Part shown: positions 1-10,589 of the stretch, piece by piece | Layout of the letters: the number at the start of each line of letters is the position of its first letter | Numbering within the stretch: the stretch's first letter is position 1 | Assembly (NCBI GenBank): GCA_038205135.1 | Contig: JBBRCF010000003.1 | Span: 1,312 to 65,311, forward strand | Source: Rhodobacterales bacterium | Lineage (GTDB): Bacteria > Pseudomonadota > Alphaproteobacteria > Rhodobacterales > Rhodobacteraceae | Reading direction: 5' to 3' | Length of the DNA stretch: 64,000 nt | Notes under the pieces: generated by a model | The model's database searches: none | What the model saw: only the letters and a program-made list of their open reading frames with translations | Told to the model about the DNA's origin: nothing | Position numbers and translations under genes: made by a program

Positions 1-2
1 TG

Positions 3-1136
3 GAAGGCGCCCAGATCACCCTGATCGACGGGCGCGCGCAGCATTTCTATCAGCCGGGTTATACGCTGATCGCCGCCGGGCTGAAACCTGCCAGCTATTC
101 CGTCAGCCAGACCACCGACTGGCTGCCGCAGGGTGTGACTCTGTTGGCCGAATATGCCGCCGAGATCGACCCCGAGGCGAAATCGGTCACCACTGCGTCG
201 GGCACCAAGGTGGCCTATGATTTCCTGATCGTCGCCACCGGGCTGAAAATGGACTGGGCCGCCATCGAGGGATTTTCCACCGACCTGATCGGCAAGAACG
301 GCATCGGCGCGGTCTATGCCGGGGCCGACGCGGCCGCAGCGACCTGGGCTCTGATGGACGAGTTCACCGATACCGGCGGCAAGGCGGTGTTTTTCCGCCC
401 CGCGACCGAAATGAAATGTGCCGGAGCGCCGCTGAAATACGCCTTTCTGACCGAGGATTTCGCCGACAAGAAGGGCACGCGAGCCAAGATCGAAATCGAT
501 TACTGGAACCCGACCAAGGCGCTGTTCGGCGTGCCCATCGTGTCGGAAAAGGTCCGCATGCTGTTTGGGGAACGCGGGATCAGGACCGAACTCGACCGGG
601 TGCTGAAGCGCATCGATCCGGCGAAAAAGATCCTGACATTCACTGACCCGGATGGCATCGAACACGAGACGGATTACGACTTCACCAACATCATCCCGCC
701 GATGCGCGCCCCCGATGTGATCCGCAATTCGCCCCTGCCCTGGACCGACAAATGGACCGATCAGGGCTGGGTCGAGGTCGATCCCGCAACGCTGCGCCAC
801 AACCGATATCCCGATGTGTTTGCGGTGGGCGACGTGGCCGGCGTGCCCAAAGGCAAGACCGCCGCATCCGTCAAATGGCAGGTGCCGGTAGTGGTCGATC
901 ATCTGGTCGCAAGCATTGCCGGCACGACGGGGACGCAGGTCTACGACGGTTACACATCCTGCCCGATGATCACCCGCGTGGGCAAGGCAATGCTGATCGA
1001 GTTCGATTACAAGAACAACCTGGTGCCCAGTTTCCCCGGGATGATCGCGCCATTGGAAGAGCTGTGGATTTCCTGGCTGATGAAGGAGGTCGCCCTGAAA
1101 CCCACCTATAACGCCATGCTGCGCGGCAAAGCCTGA
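3..1136 (+). CDS. Type II sulfide:quinone oxidoreductase-like FAD flavoprotein (SQRDL-like), 5' end cut by window
   Basis: The frame is open from the window start. HFYQP, KCAGAP, GD(V)AG and YDGYTSCP segments are collinear with eukaryote-type/type II SQR as I recall it. Confidence 0.75.
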   Translation, partial: EGAQITLIDGRAQHFYQPGYTLIAAGLKPASYSVSQTTDWLPQGVTLLAEYAAEIDPEAKSVTTASGTKVAYDFLIVATGLKMDWAAIEGFSTDLIGKNGIGAVYAGADAAAATWALMDEFTDTGGKAVFFRPATEMKCAGAPLKYAFLTEDFADKKGTRAKIEIDYWNPTKALFGVPIVSEKVRMLFGERGIRTELDRVLKRIDPAKKILTFTDPDGIEHETDYDFTNIIPPMRAPDVIRNSPLPWTDKWTDQGWVEVDPATLRHNRYPDVFAVGDVAGVPKGKTAASVKWQVPVVVDHLVASIAGTTGTQVYDGYTSCPMITRVGKAMLIEFDYKNNLVPSFPGMIAPLEELWISWLMKEVALKPTYNAMLRGKA

Positions 1137-1146
1137 GGAGGACGCC

Positions 1147-1506
1147 ATGAAGGAACTGACACTCGAAACCCTGATCGCCGTCTGGGAAGACATGTTCGGC
1201 GCGGGCCTGTTCTGGGCCATGGTCGCAGCGGCGGTCATGATCACGCTGGGCTACGCCTATGTGCTGATCCGCGACCGGGCCGTCAGCTGGCGGAAATTTC
1301 TGTGGGCGCAACTGTCGATGCCGTTCGGGGCCATCGCAGCGGTGATTTTTGTCTGGCAGATGACCAGCTCGGGCTTTCGCGATATCGGCGGACCGGTCGA
1401 TGTGATCGTGTTGGCGGGCGTGGCGGTTGCAGGGGCTGTCGGGCTGGCAATTCTGGTCTATACGATGGAATCGCTGTTCTGGCCCAACCGACGCAATACG
1501 GGATGA
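1147..1506 (+). CDS. Small hydrophobic membrane protein (about 3 TM), unknown function
   Basis: 119-aa ORF starting 10 nt after the SQR stop, with hydrophobic segments. No family recognised. Confidence 0.5.
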   Translation: MKELTLETLIAVWEDMFGAGLFWAMVAAAVMITLGYAYVLIRDRAVSWRKFLWAQLSMPFGAIAAVIFVWQMTSSGFRDIGGPVDVIVLAGVAVAGAVGLAILVYTMESLFWPNRRNTG

Positions 1507-1510
1507 TCTG

Positions 1511-2488
1511 ATGACCGACGCAGTTGCCCCCGCGACCCATTCCTGGCTGGAACATTTTCCGGTGCCGTTCTTTGCGGTCACCATGGGGTTGGCGGGGCTG
1601 ACGCTGGCGCTGCACGGCGCGGAACTGTCGCTGGGGCTGGCGCATGGCATCTCGCAGGCGATGTTCTGGGTGACGCTGGCGGTATTTGCCGCGATCACGG
1701 CGATCTACGTGGCCAAGGCGCTGCTGCATCCCCGGGCGGTCATGGCGGAATGGAACCACCCGGTGCGGCTGTCGTTCTTTCCGGCAATCTCGATTTCGCT
1801 GATGCTGCTGGGCACGGCGGCCTTGCAGGCGGCCCCCGCGCTCGCACCGGTGTTGTGGGTGCCGGGGGCGTCGCTGCAATTCGGGTTGACCCTTGCGGTG
1901 GTTTCGGGGTGGATTTCGGCGCGTGCGTTCCAGACTGGCGCGCTGAATCCTGGCTGGTTCATTCCTGCCGTCGGCAACGTGATCGCGCCGATCGGGGGGG
2001 CGCAACTGGGGTTTGTCGAGGTATCGTGGTATTTCATGGCGGTGGGTCTGCTGTTCTGGATCGTGCTGCTGACCCTGGTGATGAACCGTCTGATGTTTCA
2101 CGATCCGATGCCGGGGCGATTGCAGCCATCGCTGGTGATCCTGATCGCGCCACCTGCGGTCGCCTTTACCGCCTGGGTGCAGATGCATGGTGGCCAGATC
2201 GACGACGTCGCGCGTTTCCTGCTGAATTCCGCGTATTTCTTTACGCTTTTGGTGGCGCTGCAACTGCCGCGCATCCTGAAACTGCCGTTTGTGGTGTCAT
2301 TCTGGGCACTTGGGTTTCCATTTGCCGCCGTCACCATCGCCAGCCTGCTGTTTGCGCGCCAGACCGGGTCGGTGGCGCATCAATGGATCGGTCTGGCGCT
2401 GCTGGCGGTGCTGATCGCGATCACTGTGGGGCTGACGCTGCGCACCCTGCGCGCCATCCTGCGCAACGAGATTTTCGTGCCAGAGTGA
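1511..2488 (+). CDS. TehA/Mae1/SLAC1 (TDT) family anion transporter
   Basis: Polytopic membrane ORF with an N-terminus (HFPVPFFAVTMGLAGL) typical of TDT/TehA. The ATG at 1511 is 4 nt after the upstream stop. I rejected the ORF-track extension to 1427 because it overlaps the previous gene. Confidence 0.75.
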   Translation: MTDAVAPATHSWLEHFPVPFFAVTMGLAGLTLALHGAELSLGLAHGISQAMFWVTLAVFAAITAIYVAKALLHPRAVMAEWNHPVRLSFFPAISISLMLLGTAALQAAPALAPVLWVPGASLQFGLTLAVVSGWISARAFQTGALNPGWFIPAVGNVIAPIGGAQLGFVEVSWYFMAVGLLFWIVLLTLVMNRLMFHDPMPGRLQPSLVILIAPPAVAFTAWVQMHGGQIDDVARFLLNSAYFFTLLVALQLPRILKLPFVVSFWALGFPFAAVTIASLLFARQTGSVAHQWIGLALLAVLIAITVGLTLRTLRAILRNEIFVPE

Positions 2489-2624
2489 TCTGTCAAGCCT
2501 GGCTGGGATCCTGACACAGCGCCAGACCCCCCTGCGTTCACGGAAACGCGCGCCTTCTGACCCGATCAAACGCGAACGCTGCTTGAAAAACCTGTTCCTG
2601 CCGCCGTAAGCGCCGTCAACGCCA

Positions 2625-4859
2625 TCATCGGCGGTCGTTGTCGTCCGGGAAAACCGGGTCACGTCGCGTCGGCGAAGGCGTCGGTGCCGATTGCGGTTCT
2701 CTGGTGCGCTGGTCGGGCTGGGCACTGCCGCCGCCAAAGATCCCGCGCAGCAGGTCCTCGATCAGCGAGCCGCCGGAATTGTCGGGGCTGAAGATCGCCT
2801 CGTCCCTCGCAGCCATCTGGCCTGCGCCGGGTTCCAGCATCGGCAGCGGTTGCGGTGGTACACCTTCATGCACCCGCACCATCACCTCGTGCCAGATATC
2901 CGACGGCAGGCCCGCGCCGGTCACCCCGGACAAGGGCGTGTTGTCGTCATAGCCCATCCATACGCCCGCGACGTAATCGGCGGAAAACCCGATGAACCAC
3001 GCGTCGCGCGCCGCCTGTGTGGTGCCCGTCTTGCCGGCCACCTGCCGGTCTTGCAGGTTCGCGCGCACGCCTGTGCCGGTGATCACCACCTGATGCATCA
3101 TCCAGATCAGTTCGCGCGCCGCGTTTTCCGAAATGACCGATGCCCCCACGCCGCCCATCTGTTCGATCAGCGCTGTGTTGTCGCGCCGCAGCCGCAGATC
3201 GATCAGGCCGTAGGGCACAACCGCATAGCCGCCGTTCAGGATGCCGGCATAGGCCCCCGTCATCTGTACCAGCGTGGATTCCGATGCCCCCAGTGCCAGC
3301 GCCGGACCCGTTGCCAGATCATCGCCAACGCCGAAACCGGTCGCAATGCCGCGCACGCGGTCAAGGCCCACCGATTGCGCGACCTTGACCGCCGGAATGT
3401 TCAGCGAATCGGCCAAGGCGTCGGTCAGCGTCACCAGCCCCTTGAATTTCCGGTCGTAGTTTTCCGGCGACCACGGCCCCGACCCGGGAATGTTCACGGT
3501 CAGCGGCGCATCATCGACGATGTCATTGCCGCTGTAGCCCATGTCGAGCGCTGCGGCATAGACAAAGGGTTTGAACGCGGAACCGGTCTGTCGCAGCGCC
3601 TGCGTTGCGCGGTTGAACGCGCCTACCAAATTGGTATCGCGCCCGCCTACCATCGCCCGCACCGCGCCATCCGGCGACATCACCACGATCGCAGCCTGCG
3701 CCTTTGACCCTTCGCGCACTTTGGTTGCGAACACATATGCCAGCGCCTCTTCCGTGGCGCGTTGCAGGCGCGGGTCCAGCGTGGTGCGGATCACCACATC
3801 CTCGGCGGTGTTGCGGGTGAAATAGTCGGGGCCCGACGACATCACCCAATCGGCGAAATTGCCCCCCGCGTTGCGATCCGCGCCTGCCGACAATGTGGCC
3901 GGGTTGTCCAGTGCGGCCCGGGCCTCGGCGGCGGTCAGGTAGCCCTGATCGCGCATCAGCCCGATCACGACGGCGGCGCGGGTCTGGCTGCGGGCAAGGT
4001 TGGTGGTGGGAGCAAGCGTTGTGGGTGCGGTCAACAGCCCCGCCAGAATCGCCGCCTCTGGTGCGGTGACCGCTGCGGCGGGCTTGGCAAAGAACCGCTG
4101 CGCCGCGGCTTCGGCACCATAGGCCCCGCCGCCCATATAGGCGCGGTTCAGGTAGATCGACAGGATTTCGTCCTTGGTATAGGCCAGTTCCATCGCCATG
4201 GCATAGATCGCCTCGTTGCCCTTGCGGGCCAGCGTGGACCGGCGGCAGTCCTCCTCGTAGTCCTGTTCGGATTTCCATTTAGTGACGTCGTAAACCTCGC
4301 CCATGCACAACAGTTTCGCGGTCTGCTGTGTGATGGTGGACCCGCCGTTGCCTTTCAACGGATGGCGGCCTTCGCTCACGTTGATGCGCATGGCGGACAG
4401 CACGCCGCGCGGGCTGATGCCGAAATGGCGGTAGAACCGTTTGTCCTCGGTGGCGATGACGGCGTTTTTCAGATGCGGGCTGACGTTGGCTGCGGTGACC
4501 GCGCCGCCGAATTGCGCACCGCGCCGGGCAAAGATGTCGCCATAAGCGTCCAGCATCGTGACCGACCCGCGTGCGCGCCCGTCGAGCACCCGGTCCACCG
4601 CCGGCAGTGTCAGGGATTTTACATAGACCACGCCCGCCAGAATGACCGCTGCCAGCGCCGAAATCCGCCAGACCACAGCCCACAGGGTCCGCAACAACAT
4701 CCCGGGCAAGGCCAGCACCCATCCCAGCAGGCCGCGTCGCCGCTGCGAGGCGCGTGGTTTTCTGGCCGGCGGTTTCGCCGGAGGCTTGGGTTTGGCCGCT
4801 GCGCGACCATAGCGGCGTTCCGCCACCAAAGGTGGTGTCTTGCGCGTTGAGTCAGCCAT
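2625..4859 (-). CDS. Class A penicillin-binding protein (bifunctional transglycosylase/transpeptidase)
   Basis: Glycosyltransferase motifs EDKRFYRHFG and GGSTITQQ. Transpeptidase motifs SAFK, SLN and KTGT. Lys/Pro-rich N-terminus followed by a TM anchor. Confidence 0.9.
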   Translation of the reverse strand: MADSTRKTPPLVAERRYGRAAAKPKPPAKPPARKPRASQRRRGLLGWVLALPGMLLRTLWAVVWRISALAAVILAGVVYVKSLTLPAVDRVLDGRARGSVTMLDAYGDIFARRGAQFGGAVTAANVSPHLKNAVIATEDKRFYRHFGISPRGVLSAMRINVSEGRHPLKGNGGSTITQQTAKLLCMGEVYDVTKWKSEQDYEEDCRRSTLARKGNEAIYAMAMELAYTKDEILSIYLNRAYMGGGAYGAEAAAQRFFAKPAAAVTAPEAAILAGLLTAPTTLAPTTNLARSQTRAAVVIGLMRDQGYLTAAEARAALDNPATLSAGADRNAGGNFADWVMSSGPDYFTRNTAEDVVIRTTLDPRLQRATEEALAYVFATKVREGSKAQAAIVVMSPDGAVRAMVGGRDTNLVGAFNRATQALRQTGSAFKPFVYAAALDMGYSGNDIVDDAPLTVNIPGSGPWSPENYDRKFKGLVTLTDALADSLNIPAVKVAQSVGLDRVRGIATGFGVGDDLATGPALALGASESTLVQMTGAYAGILNGGYAVVPYGLIDLRLRRDNTALIEQMGGVGASVISENAARELIWMMHQVVITGTGVRANLQDRQVAGKTGTTQAARDAWFIGFSADYVAGVWMGYDDNTPLSGVTGAGLPSDIWHEVMVRVHEGVPPQPLPMLEPGAGQMAARDEAIFSPDNSGGSLIEDLLRGIFGGGSAQPDQRTREPQSAPTPSPTRRDPVFPDDNDRR

Positions 4860-4906
4860 TTTTCGCCCTGCCCGACGGTGTGATTGCCGATAGAATAGTC
4901 GGTTAG

Positions 4907-5452
<546 letters not shown>

Positions 5453-5489
5453 CCGCATCCGCAACTGTATTCGGGGAAAGGAAAACCAA

Positions 5490-6827
5490 ATGAAACTCTT
5501 TCTGCAACTCGGGCTGGCCGTGGCGCTGGTCGCGGCTCCTGCGCTGGGCATCGCCCAGACAGAGACTGCCGCCACCGCCGAAGCCGCCGCAGAGGTCGCG
5601 CCTGTGGTGGACAACGCGTTCATCTTCAACACGCTGCTGTTCATGATCGGCGGCATCCTTGTGTTCTGGATGGCGGCCGGTTTTGCCATGCTGGAAGCCG
5701 GTCTGGTACGATCAAAGAATGTGTCGATGCAGGCGACCAAGAACATCGCGTTGTTTTCCATCGCGTCGATCATGTACTGGATCATCGGATATAACCTGAT
5801 GTACCCGGGCGACTCGTGGTCCATCACCGGATATGTCGGCACGCTGTTTTCGCCGAAATCCATCGCCGGCGATCCTGATATCGCGACGGGATATTCCGCC
5901 GGATCGGACTTTTTCTTTCAGTTGATGTTCTGCGCGACGACGGCGTCGATCGTGTCCGGCACGCTGGCCGAACGGATCAAGCTGTGGCCATTTCTAGCCT
6001 TTACCGTGATCCTGACCGGGTTCCTGTATCCGATCGAGGCGTCGTGGCAGTGGGGCGGCGGCTGGCTGTCGGAACTGGGCTTCTATGACTTTGCCGGGTC
6101 CACGCTGGTGCATGCCGCAGGTGGGGCCGCTGCTCTGGCCGGTGCGCTGGTTCTGGGTCCACGGCTGGGCAAGTATGGCAAGGATGGTCGGGTCACACCA
6201 ATGCCGGGTTCGAACCTTGCGCTGGCGACTCTGGGCACGTTCATCCTGTGGATGGGGTGGTTTGGCTTCAACGGTGCGTCGCAACTGGCGCTGGGGACCG
6301 AAGCTGACGCAAACGCTGTGTCGGTGATCTTTGCGAACACCAACATGGCCGCTGCGGCCGGTGCCGTCACGGCGCTGATCCTGACGCAGCTGATGTACGG
6401 CAAGGTTGACCTGACCATGGTGCTGAACGGTGCGCTGGCCGGTCTGGTGTCGATCACCGCCGGTCCGCTGGACCCGACGCTGTTCGGAGCGCTGTGGATC
6501 GGTGCTATTGGCGGGGTGATCGTGGTGTTCGCCGTGCCGATGCTGGACAAGATCAAGATCGACGATGTGGTCGGTGCCATTCCCGTGCACTTTATGGCCG
6601 GGATCTGGGGCACGCTGGCGGTGCCGTTCTACAGCGCCGACACCAGCTTTGTGACGCAGGCCATCGGCACCATCTCGGTCTGTGCGTTCATGTTCGTGCT
6701 GTCTTACCTCATCTTCACGATCCTCAAGGCATCCATCGGTCTGCGCCCGACTGTCGAAGACGAGATGATGGGTCTGGACAAGGCGGAACTGGGCCTCGAA
6801 GCCTACCCCGAATTCACCAAGGGCTGA
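5490..6827 (+). CDS. amtB: Ammonium transporter AmtB
   Basis: Signal peptide followed by an 11-TM Amt family sequence (AGFAMLEAG, FAGSTLVH, VGAIPVH), immediately downstream of glnK. Confidence 0.92.
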   Translation: MKLFLQLGLAVALVAAPALGIAQTETAATAEAAAEVAPVVDNAFIFNTLLFMIGGILVFWMAAGFAMLEAGLVRSKNVSMQATKNIALFSIASIMYWIIGYNLMYPGDSWSITGYVGTLFSPKSIAGDPDIATGYSAGSDFFFQLMFCATTASIVSGTLAERIKLWPFLAFTVILTGFLYPIEASWQWGGGWLSELGFYDFAGSTLVHAAGGAAALAGALVLGPRLGKYGKDGRVTPMPGSNLALATLGTFILWMGWFGFNGASQLALGTEADANAVSVIFANTNMAAAAGAVTALILTQLMYGKVDLTMVLNGALAGLVSITAGPLDPTLFGALWIGAIGGVIVVFAVPMLDKIKIDDVVGAIPVHFMAGIWGTLAVPFYSADTSFVTQAIGTISVCAFMFVLSYLIFTILKASIGLRPTVEDEMMGLDKAELGLEAYPEFTKG

Positions 6828-6853
6828 CCCTCCCTCAGCCGGTGATTCTCCGA

Positions 6854-6881
6854 CCCGGGCGGAAACGCCCGGGTTTTTTTG
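6854..6881 (+). terminator. Rho-independent terminator after amtB
   Basis: CCCGGGCG-GAAA-CGCCCGGG stem-loop followed by T7. Confidence 0.75.
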
Positions 6882-6914
6882 TGCCCGGGGCATTTTTGCC
6901 GAGGTCGCGGTCGT

Positions 6915-7292
6915 TCAGGGCGTAACCAACTGCGGCGCGCCGGTGGCCATGTTGGTGCCGACATAAGGCAGCGCCGCCGCCTTCCATGCCGCGAACCCGC
7001 CTTCCAGATGGGCGATCTGCGTAACGCCTGCGGCCATTGCCGCGCGCGCCACCCGTTCCGACCGCAGGCCGGACCCGCAATGAAATACGATCCGCTTGTC
7101 GGACTGGCCCGGCAGTTTGGCGGCATCAAAGAACGCCAGCGGCATCAACAGCGCGCCGGGAATGTGTTCGAACATGAATTCCTGCGGCGTGCGCACGTCG
7201 ATGACGACGACCTCGTTGGCGTCAAAGGCCGCGCGCAATTCGGCGGCGGTCCATGTTTCAAAGGTGGTGCCGTTCTGGCTTTCGGTTTTCAT
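6915..7292 (-). CDS. Single-domain rhodanese (sulfurtransferase)
   Basis: 125 aa with VIDVRTPQEF and the active-site loop HCGSGLRS. The start is at MKTESQ; the longer ORF-track N-terminus is not protein-like. Confidence 0.8.
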   Translation of the reverse strand: MKTESQNGTTFETWTAAELRAAFDANEVVVIDVRTPQEFMFEHIPGALLMPLAFFDAAKLPGQSDKRIVFHCGSGLRSERVARAAMAAGVTQIAHLEGGFAAWKAAALPYVGTNMATGAPQLVTP

Positions 7293-7476
7293 CGTGCTAC
7301 TCCTGACTGGGTCGGGGGAGGGCGGATGCCCGGTGGATGAACAATTGCGCGGTCTGCGACATTGCGACATGCGTCGCCGCGTGGCCCCGCTTGCATATTT
7401 GCCCATAATTGGACGATCTATCAGCGAAACCGCAAACGGCATAGCCCGGGCGGACACGACAAAAGGATGCGACAGG

Positions 7477-8706
7477 ATGGATATGGGTTTTGTCGGGGCC
7501 GTGGTCTGGGACTGGGCCGGGTTCGCGATCCGCTGGCTGCATGTGATCACCGCGATCGCGTGGATCGGATCGTCGTTCTATTTCATTGCGCTGGATCTGG
7601 GTCTGAACCGTGCTCGGGCCCTGGCTTCTGGCGCGGATGGCGAGGAATGGCAGGTCCATGGCGGCGGATTTTACCACATCCAGAAATATCTGGTCGCCCC
7701 TGCGAACATGCCCGACCACCTGACATGGTTCAAATGGGAAAGCTATGCCACCTGGTTGTCGGGTTTCGCCCTGCTGGCCGTGGTGTATTACGTCGGTGCT
7801 GAATTCTACCTGATCGACGCCAATGTGCTGGAATTGACCGCGTGGCAGGCGATCGCGCTGTCTGTCGCGTCGCTCGCCTTTGGCTGGATCGCGTACAACA
7901 CGCTGTGCAAAGTGTTCGTCGATGCGGACCAGACGCTGTTGATGGTGGCGCTATTCGGCGTGCTGGTCGCGATGTCGCTGTTTTACACCAACGTATTCTC
8001 GGGCCGTGCCGCGCTGCTGCACCTTGGCGCGTTCACCGCCACGATCATGAGCGCGAACGTGTTCATGATCATCATCCCGAACCAGAAGGTGGTAGTGGCC
8101 GACCTGATCGCCGGGCGCAAACCCGACGGGAAATACGGCAAGATCGCCAAGCAGCGGTCGCTGCACAACAATTACCTGACGCTGCCGGTGATTTTCCTGA
8201 TGCTGTCGAACCATTATCCGCTGTCCTTTGCCACGCAGCACACGTGGGCGATTGCCAGTCTGGTGTTTCTGATGGGGGTGACGATCCGGCATTTCTTCAA
8301 CACCATGCATGCGCGCAAAGGGATGCCGTGGTGGACGTGGGGGGCGACCACGGTCCTGTTCTTGCTGATCGTCTGGTTGTCGTCATCCGGTCCGCGTGTC
8401 ACGCCGGTCGATGCCGCCGCCGCCCCCGGCGCGCGGTTTGCCGCTGCCGACGGGTTCGATCAGGTGACCAAAATCGTGCTGGGCCGTTGTTCGATGTGCC
8501 ACGCGGCGGAACCGGGCTGGGCGGGGATGTACTGGGCCCCCAAGGGCGTGCATCTGGAAACCCCGGCCCAGGTTGCCGAACATGCCCGCGCGATCTATGC
8601 GCAATCTGCGATCAGCCACGCCATGCCGCCCGCCAACCTGAGCTACATGGAGGACGCGGAACGCGCCGCCATCGCCGCATGGTATCAGGCGGCGATGGGC
8701 GAATGA
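7477..8706 (+). CDS. puuD: Integral-membrane cytochrome c urate hydroxylase (PuuD-like)
   Basis: Polytopic N-terminal domain (WLHVITAIAWIGSSFYFIALD, QVHGGGFYH) plus a C-terminal CSMCH haem-c motif, matching the PuuD family as I recall it. Confidence 0.7.
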   Translation: MDMGFVGAVVWDWAGFAIRWLHVITAIAWIGSSFYFIALDLGLNRARALASGADGEEWQVHGGGFYHIQKYLVAPANMPDHLTWFKWESYATWLSGFALLAVVYYVGAEFYLIDANVLELTAWQAIALSVASLAFGWIAYNTLCKVFVDADQTLLMVALFGVLVAMSLFYTNVFSGRAALLHLGAFTATIMSANVFMIIIPNQKVVVADLIAGRKPDGKYGKIAKQRSLHNNYLTLPVIFLMLSNHYPLSFATQHTWAIASLVFLMGVTIRHFFNTMHARKGMPWWTWGATTVLFLLIVWLSSSGPRVTPVDAAAAPGARFAAADGFDQVTKIVLGRCSMCHAAEPGWAGMYWAPKGVHLETPAQVAEHARAIYAQSAISHAMPPANLSYMEDAERAAIAAWYQAAMGE

Positions 8707-8756
8707 TGCCCGCTTGGCTGTGGCAGAATCGCTGAAGCCGCGCTACAGATTGGGGC

Positions 8757-10589
8757 ATGTCGCAGCCCAGCCCCAACATATCCGACGAATTGCCGACGAT
8801 CCGGCAGCTGGACGATTCCGCTGTCAACCGCATCGCGGCGGGGGAAGTGGTGGAACGCCCGGCGTCCGCCGTCAAGGAACTGGTGGAAAACGCGTTGGAC
8901 GCGGGCGCGACGCGGATCGAAGTCACGATTGCCGATGGCGGCAAAAGCCTGATCCGCGTCACGGATGATGGCCACGGCATCCCGGCGGATCAACTGGCGT
9001 TGGCGCTGTCGCGGCATGCCACGTCTAAAATCGACGGGTCCGACCTGCTGAACATCCACAGCTTCGGCTTTCGCGGCGAGGCGTTGCCGTCGCTGGCCGC
9101 TGTGGGCCGGCTGTTGATCACCACCCGCGCGCGCGGCGCGTCCGAGGCTGCGATGATCCGGTCCTATGGCGGGCGCACCGATCCGGTGCGGCCTGCGGCC
9201 CTGACGCGTGGCACGGTGGTGGACCTGCGCGATTTGTTCCATGCCACGCCCGCGCGGTTGAAATTCCTGCGGTCGGACCGCGCCGAAAACCTTGCGGTGG
9301 CGGATACCGTCAAACGGCTGGCGATGGCCGCGCCTTATTGCGGTTTCGTGCTGCGCGATGCGACGGGCGGCGGCGACGGCCGCGTGATGTTCCGCGCCGA
9401 TCCGGAAACCGGCGATATGTTCGACGCGCTGCGCGCCCGGTTGGCCACCGTGCTGGGCCGCGATTTCACCGATAACGCGCTGCGGATCGAAGCCGAGCGT
9501 GACAGCCATAACCTGACCGGGTTCGCCGCGTTGCCGACATGGTCGCGCGGCACGGCGGTGGCGCAGTTCCTGTTCGTCAACGGGCGACCGGTGCGCGACA
9601 AGCTGTTCGTCGGCGCCTTGCGCGCGGCCTACAGCGATTTCCTGTCGCGTGACCGCCACCCGGCGGCGGCGCTTTTTCTGGACCTGCCGCCGACGCTGGT
9701 AGATGTGAACGTGCATCCCGCGAAATCCGAGGTGCGGTTTCGGGATCCCGGCATTGCACGCGGGCTGATCATCACCGCGCTGCGCCATTCGCTGGCGGCG
9801 GCAGGGCATCGGGCGTCGTCCACCGTATCCGATGCGACGCTGGGGGCGTTCCGATTGGAGCCCGAAGGTAGCGCACGCATCTATCAGATGGACCGCCCGT
9901 CCCAGGGCGCGCTGACGCAGGCCTATCAGGCGCAAGCACCCGGTTTTGCCGATCTGGGGGCCGCATGGTCGGGTCGGATCGAAGTTGCGGATGACAACGG
10001 TCTGGATCACCCCTTGGGGGCGGCCCGCGCGCAGGTGCACGAAAATTACATCATCGCGCAAACCCGCGACGGCATGGTGATCGTCGATCAACACGCCGCA
10101 CATGAACGGCTGGTCTATGAACGGCTGAAGGCGCAGATGGCGGTGGCGGGCGTGGCGTCACAGGCGCTGCTGATCCCGGATATCGTCACGTTGTCCGACA
10201 GTGACGCCGCGCGTCTGCTGGACGTGGCGGATGATCTGGCGCGGTTGGGTTTGGTGATCGAACCGTTTGGGCCGGGGGCGCTGGCGGTGCGGGAAACGCC
10301 TGCGGCCTTGGGCGCGGTGAACGCCGAAGCGCTGTTGCGCGATATCATTGACGAACTGGCGGATGACGGCGAGTCCCGGTCGGTGCAGACGCGGCTGGAC
10401 GCCATCCTGTCGCGCATGGCCTGTCACGGGTCGATCCGGTCCGGTCGCCGGTTGCACGCCGAGGAAATGAACGCGCTGCTGCGCGAAATGGAGGCAACGC
10501 CGCATTCCGGCCAGTGCAACCATGGCCGCCCCACCTATGTGGAACTGCGGCTGACCGATATCGAACGCCTGTTCGGACGCCGTACATGA
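8757..10589 (+). CDS. mutL: DNA mismatch repair protein MutL
   Basis: N-terminal GHKL ATPase motifs ([31 protein letters not shown]), full-length 610 aa. Confidence 0.95.
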   Translation: MSQPSPNISDELPTIRQLDDSAVNRIAAGEVVERPASAVKELVENALDAGATRIEVTIADGGKSLIRVTDDGHGIPADQLALALSRHATSKIDGSDLLNIHSFGFRGEALPSLAAVGRLLITTRARGASEAAMIRSYGGRTDPVRPAALTRGTVVDLRDLFHATPARLKFLRSDRAENLAVADTVKRLAMAAPYCGFVLRDATGGGDGRVMFRADPETGDMFDALRARLATVLGRDFTDNALRIEAERDSHNLTGFAALPTWSRGTAVAQFLFVNGRPVRDKLFVGALRAAYSDFLSRDRHPAAALFLDLPPTLVDVNVHPAKSEVRFRDPGIARGLIITALRHSLAAAGHRASSTVSDATLGAFRLEPEGSARIYQMDRPSQGALTQAYQAQAPGFADLGAAWSGRIEVADDNGLDHPLGAARAQVHENYIIAQTRDGMVIVDQHAAHERLVYERLKAQMAVAGVASQALLIPDIVTLSDSDAARLLDVADDLARLGLVIEPFGPGALAVRETPAALGAVNAEALLRDIIDELADDGESRSVQTRLDAILSRMACHGSIRSGRRLHAEEMNALLREMEATPHSGQCNHGRPTYVELRLTDIERLFGRRT

